Assembly (NCBI GenBank): GCA_046483305.1
Contig: JAWODM010000018.1
Location: forward strand, 38,042-102,041
Direction: 5' to 3'
Length of the DNA stretch: 64,000 nt
Origin: Candidatus Krumholzibacteriales bacterium
GTDB lineage: Bacteria > Krumholzibacteriota > Krumholzibacteriia > Krumholzibacteriales > WJIX01
This document shows, in pieces, positions 62,490-64,000 of the stretch. The notes under the pieces are model-generated. The model did no database searches. It was given only the letters and a program-made list of their open reading frames with translations, and was not told where the DNA came from. Positions within the stretch are counted from its first letter, which is position 1; each line of letters opens with the position of its first letter. Both the position numbers and the translations under genes were made by a program.

Positions 62490-64000
62490 ATGAAAAGATG
62501 TTTTTGGTTATTGAGTGCGGTGGTTGTACTGGCAGTTTCGGTTTTGCCGATCCAACCGTTGCATGGAGAGGGCATGGACGGAAAGGTGGGATTAGGCCTG
62601 TACGGCGGAGCCTACAAGCTTGTCCTGACCGATCACTCCGATCTCTGGACGCCGGGATGGCTCGCCGGGGCCGACTTGAAATACGGTCTGACCCCCGGAT
62701 TCGCAATCGGTATTGAAGGGAGCTGGATGCAGACCTACCTGGCCGACTTGAGCGAAGGCACGAGAATGCAGGACGGCGCCGGGCTGACATTCGAAAACGT
62801 GAACGACGGCCCTCGACAACGCGCCTATGTAACGGGACTGTTTGCAGAATATCGTTTCATGGCGGACAAGAGGGTGTCGCCTGTCCTTTTCGCCGGCCCC
62901 GGGATCTACTTCTGGAAATGGGCCGACAAAGACGGGAACACCCTGTTTTCCGACGATCCCGCGCTTGCCGTGGCGTATTTGCCTCAGACTGATAAAGCCG
63001 GGAACGCTTACGAATTAAAGGACCAGGAACTGTACCTTATGGGCGGGGCCGGGATGGAGCTATCAGTCACACAGTCGCTCTCCTTAGAACTTGGAGCCAA
63101 ATTCCGCTATTTGACACACCTTCTGAGCGACTTTACGGACGATAAGGACATCGTTGGATCAGATCCGGGCCAGCTTGATCTGCCAAAAGGGATCGTCGAA
63201 CTGTACACAGGCGTGACCTTCTATTTCGGCGGGAAAGAGTGTCCGCCGCTTTTCTGCACCGCATCGGGAAATCCCACCAGCGGACAGGCTCCGCTGGCAG
63301 TGCAGTTTAACGGTTCCCACAGAGGGGGGTGCCCGGACTACACGTACGCCTGGAATTTCGGTGACGGAGGCACGAGTAACGAAAAGAATCCCAGCCATAC
63401 CTATTATTCGGAGGGAAACTATTCGGCCTCGCTTACAGTCACGGATTCCAAAAATACATCCTCTGAAAACAGTGTTTATGTAACGGTCGAGTGTCCGAAG
63501 CTTGTTGTTACCGCGTCCGGGGATCCAACCAGCGGGACGGCTCCTCTTTCGGTAAAATTTGACGGTTCCGCCACCGGAGGTTGTCCGAACTATACGTTCG
63601 CGTGGGATTTCGGGGACGGGAAAACGAGCAACGAACGGAACCCGATCCATGTCTATCGGACGGAGGGGGACTATACGGCCTTGCTGACGGTCACGGATTC
63701 GAAGAACAACACACAGCAGAAATCCGTTTCCATAAAGAGTTCGGCCGAGGAATACATCCCGACTCCGGAAAAACCCTTGGTTCTTCAGGGAGTCAAATTC
63801 GAATTCGATAAGTCGACCCTCACCGCAGATTCAAGAAAGATACTCGACCGTGTTGCGGCGAGTCTGCTGGCGCACCCTGAAGTGAAAGTCGAAGTGGGCG
63901 GGCATACCGATTCAGTCGGCAGCGAGGAATACAATCGGAATCTGTCAGAACAGCGGGCAAAAGCTGTGCGCGACTACCTCGTCAACAAAGGAGTGCCCGG
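62490..64000 (+). CDS. OmpA-family protein: beta-barrel + two PKD domains + OmpA C-terminal domain (runs off window)
   Basis: Hand translation MKRCFWLLSAVVVLAV...; YAWNFGDG and FAWDFGDG PKD motifs; FEFDKS, GHTDSVGSEEYNRNLSEQRAKAV. Confidence 0.9.
   Translation, partial: MKRCFWLLSAVVVLAVSVLPIQPLHGEGMDGKVGLGLYGGAYKLVLTDHSDLWTPGWLAGADLKYGLTPGFAIGIEGSWMQTYLADLSEGTRMQDGAGLTFENVNDGPRQRAYVTGLFAEYRFMADKRVSPVLFAGPGIYFWKWADKDGNTLFSDDPALAVAYLPQTDKAGNAYELKDQELYLMGGAGMELSVTQSLSLELGAKFRYLTHLLSDFTDDKDIVGSDPGQLDLPKGIVELYTGVTFYFGGKECPPLFCTASGNPTSGQAPLAVQFNGSHRGGCPDYTYAWNFGDGGTSNEKNPSHTYYSEGNYSASLTVTDSKNTSSENSVYVTVECPKLVVTASGDPTSGTAPLSVKFDGSATGGCPNYTFAWDFGDGKTSNERNPIHVYRTEGDYTALLTVTDSKNNTQQKSVSIKSSAEEYIPTPEKPLVLQGVKFEFDKSTLTADSRKILDRVAASLLAHPEVKVEVGGHTDSVGSEEYNRNLSEQRAKAVRDYLVNKGVP

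Overview
Chromosomal window from a diderm bacterium; my inference is a Krumholzibacteriota/Latescibacterota-like FCB lineage, based on a C-terminal SWGAVKAMYR motif and a FlgD-like C-terminal remnant. The left ~19 kb is core-like: a SigW-like ECF operon, eno-ftsB-tRNA-fMet, a minus-strand run of ktrB-ktrA, OMP, sodium:solute symporter, tricorn protease and C1B aminopeptidase, and an ADP-forming acyl-CoA synthetase. From ~19 kb onward the region is accessory. It holds kdpFABC plus a tandem-USP gene (no kdpDE; KdpB has TGEA instead of TGES), catalase, several secreted/outer-membrane proteins and a TetR-MMPL-LolA-like-OMP operon. It also holds an ECF/anti-sigma/periplasmic sensor-TolC-MacAB efflux operon with a duplicated ECF promoter, and about ten decayed genes (DUF72, IS3, M20 peptidase, BrnTA, methyltransferase, two IS1380-like, Mrr-like nuclease). 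The window ends in a cluster of an atypical LuxR-type regulator, a duplicated 144-aa exported protein, a clostripain-like lipoprotein, a baeRF3-like protein and an OMP-PKD-PKD-OmpA protein. No CRISPR array or rRNA was seen. All family calls come from motif recognition, not database searches.
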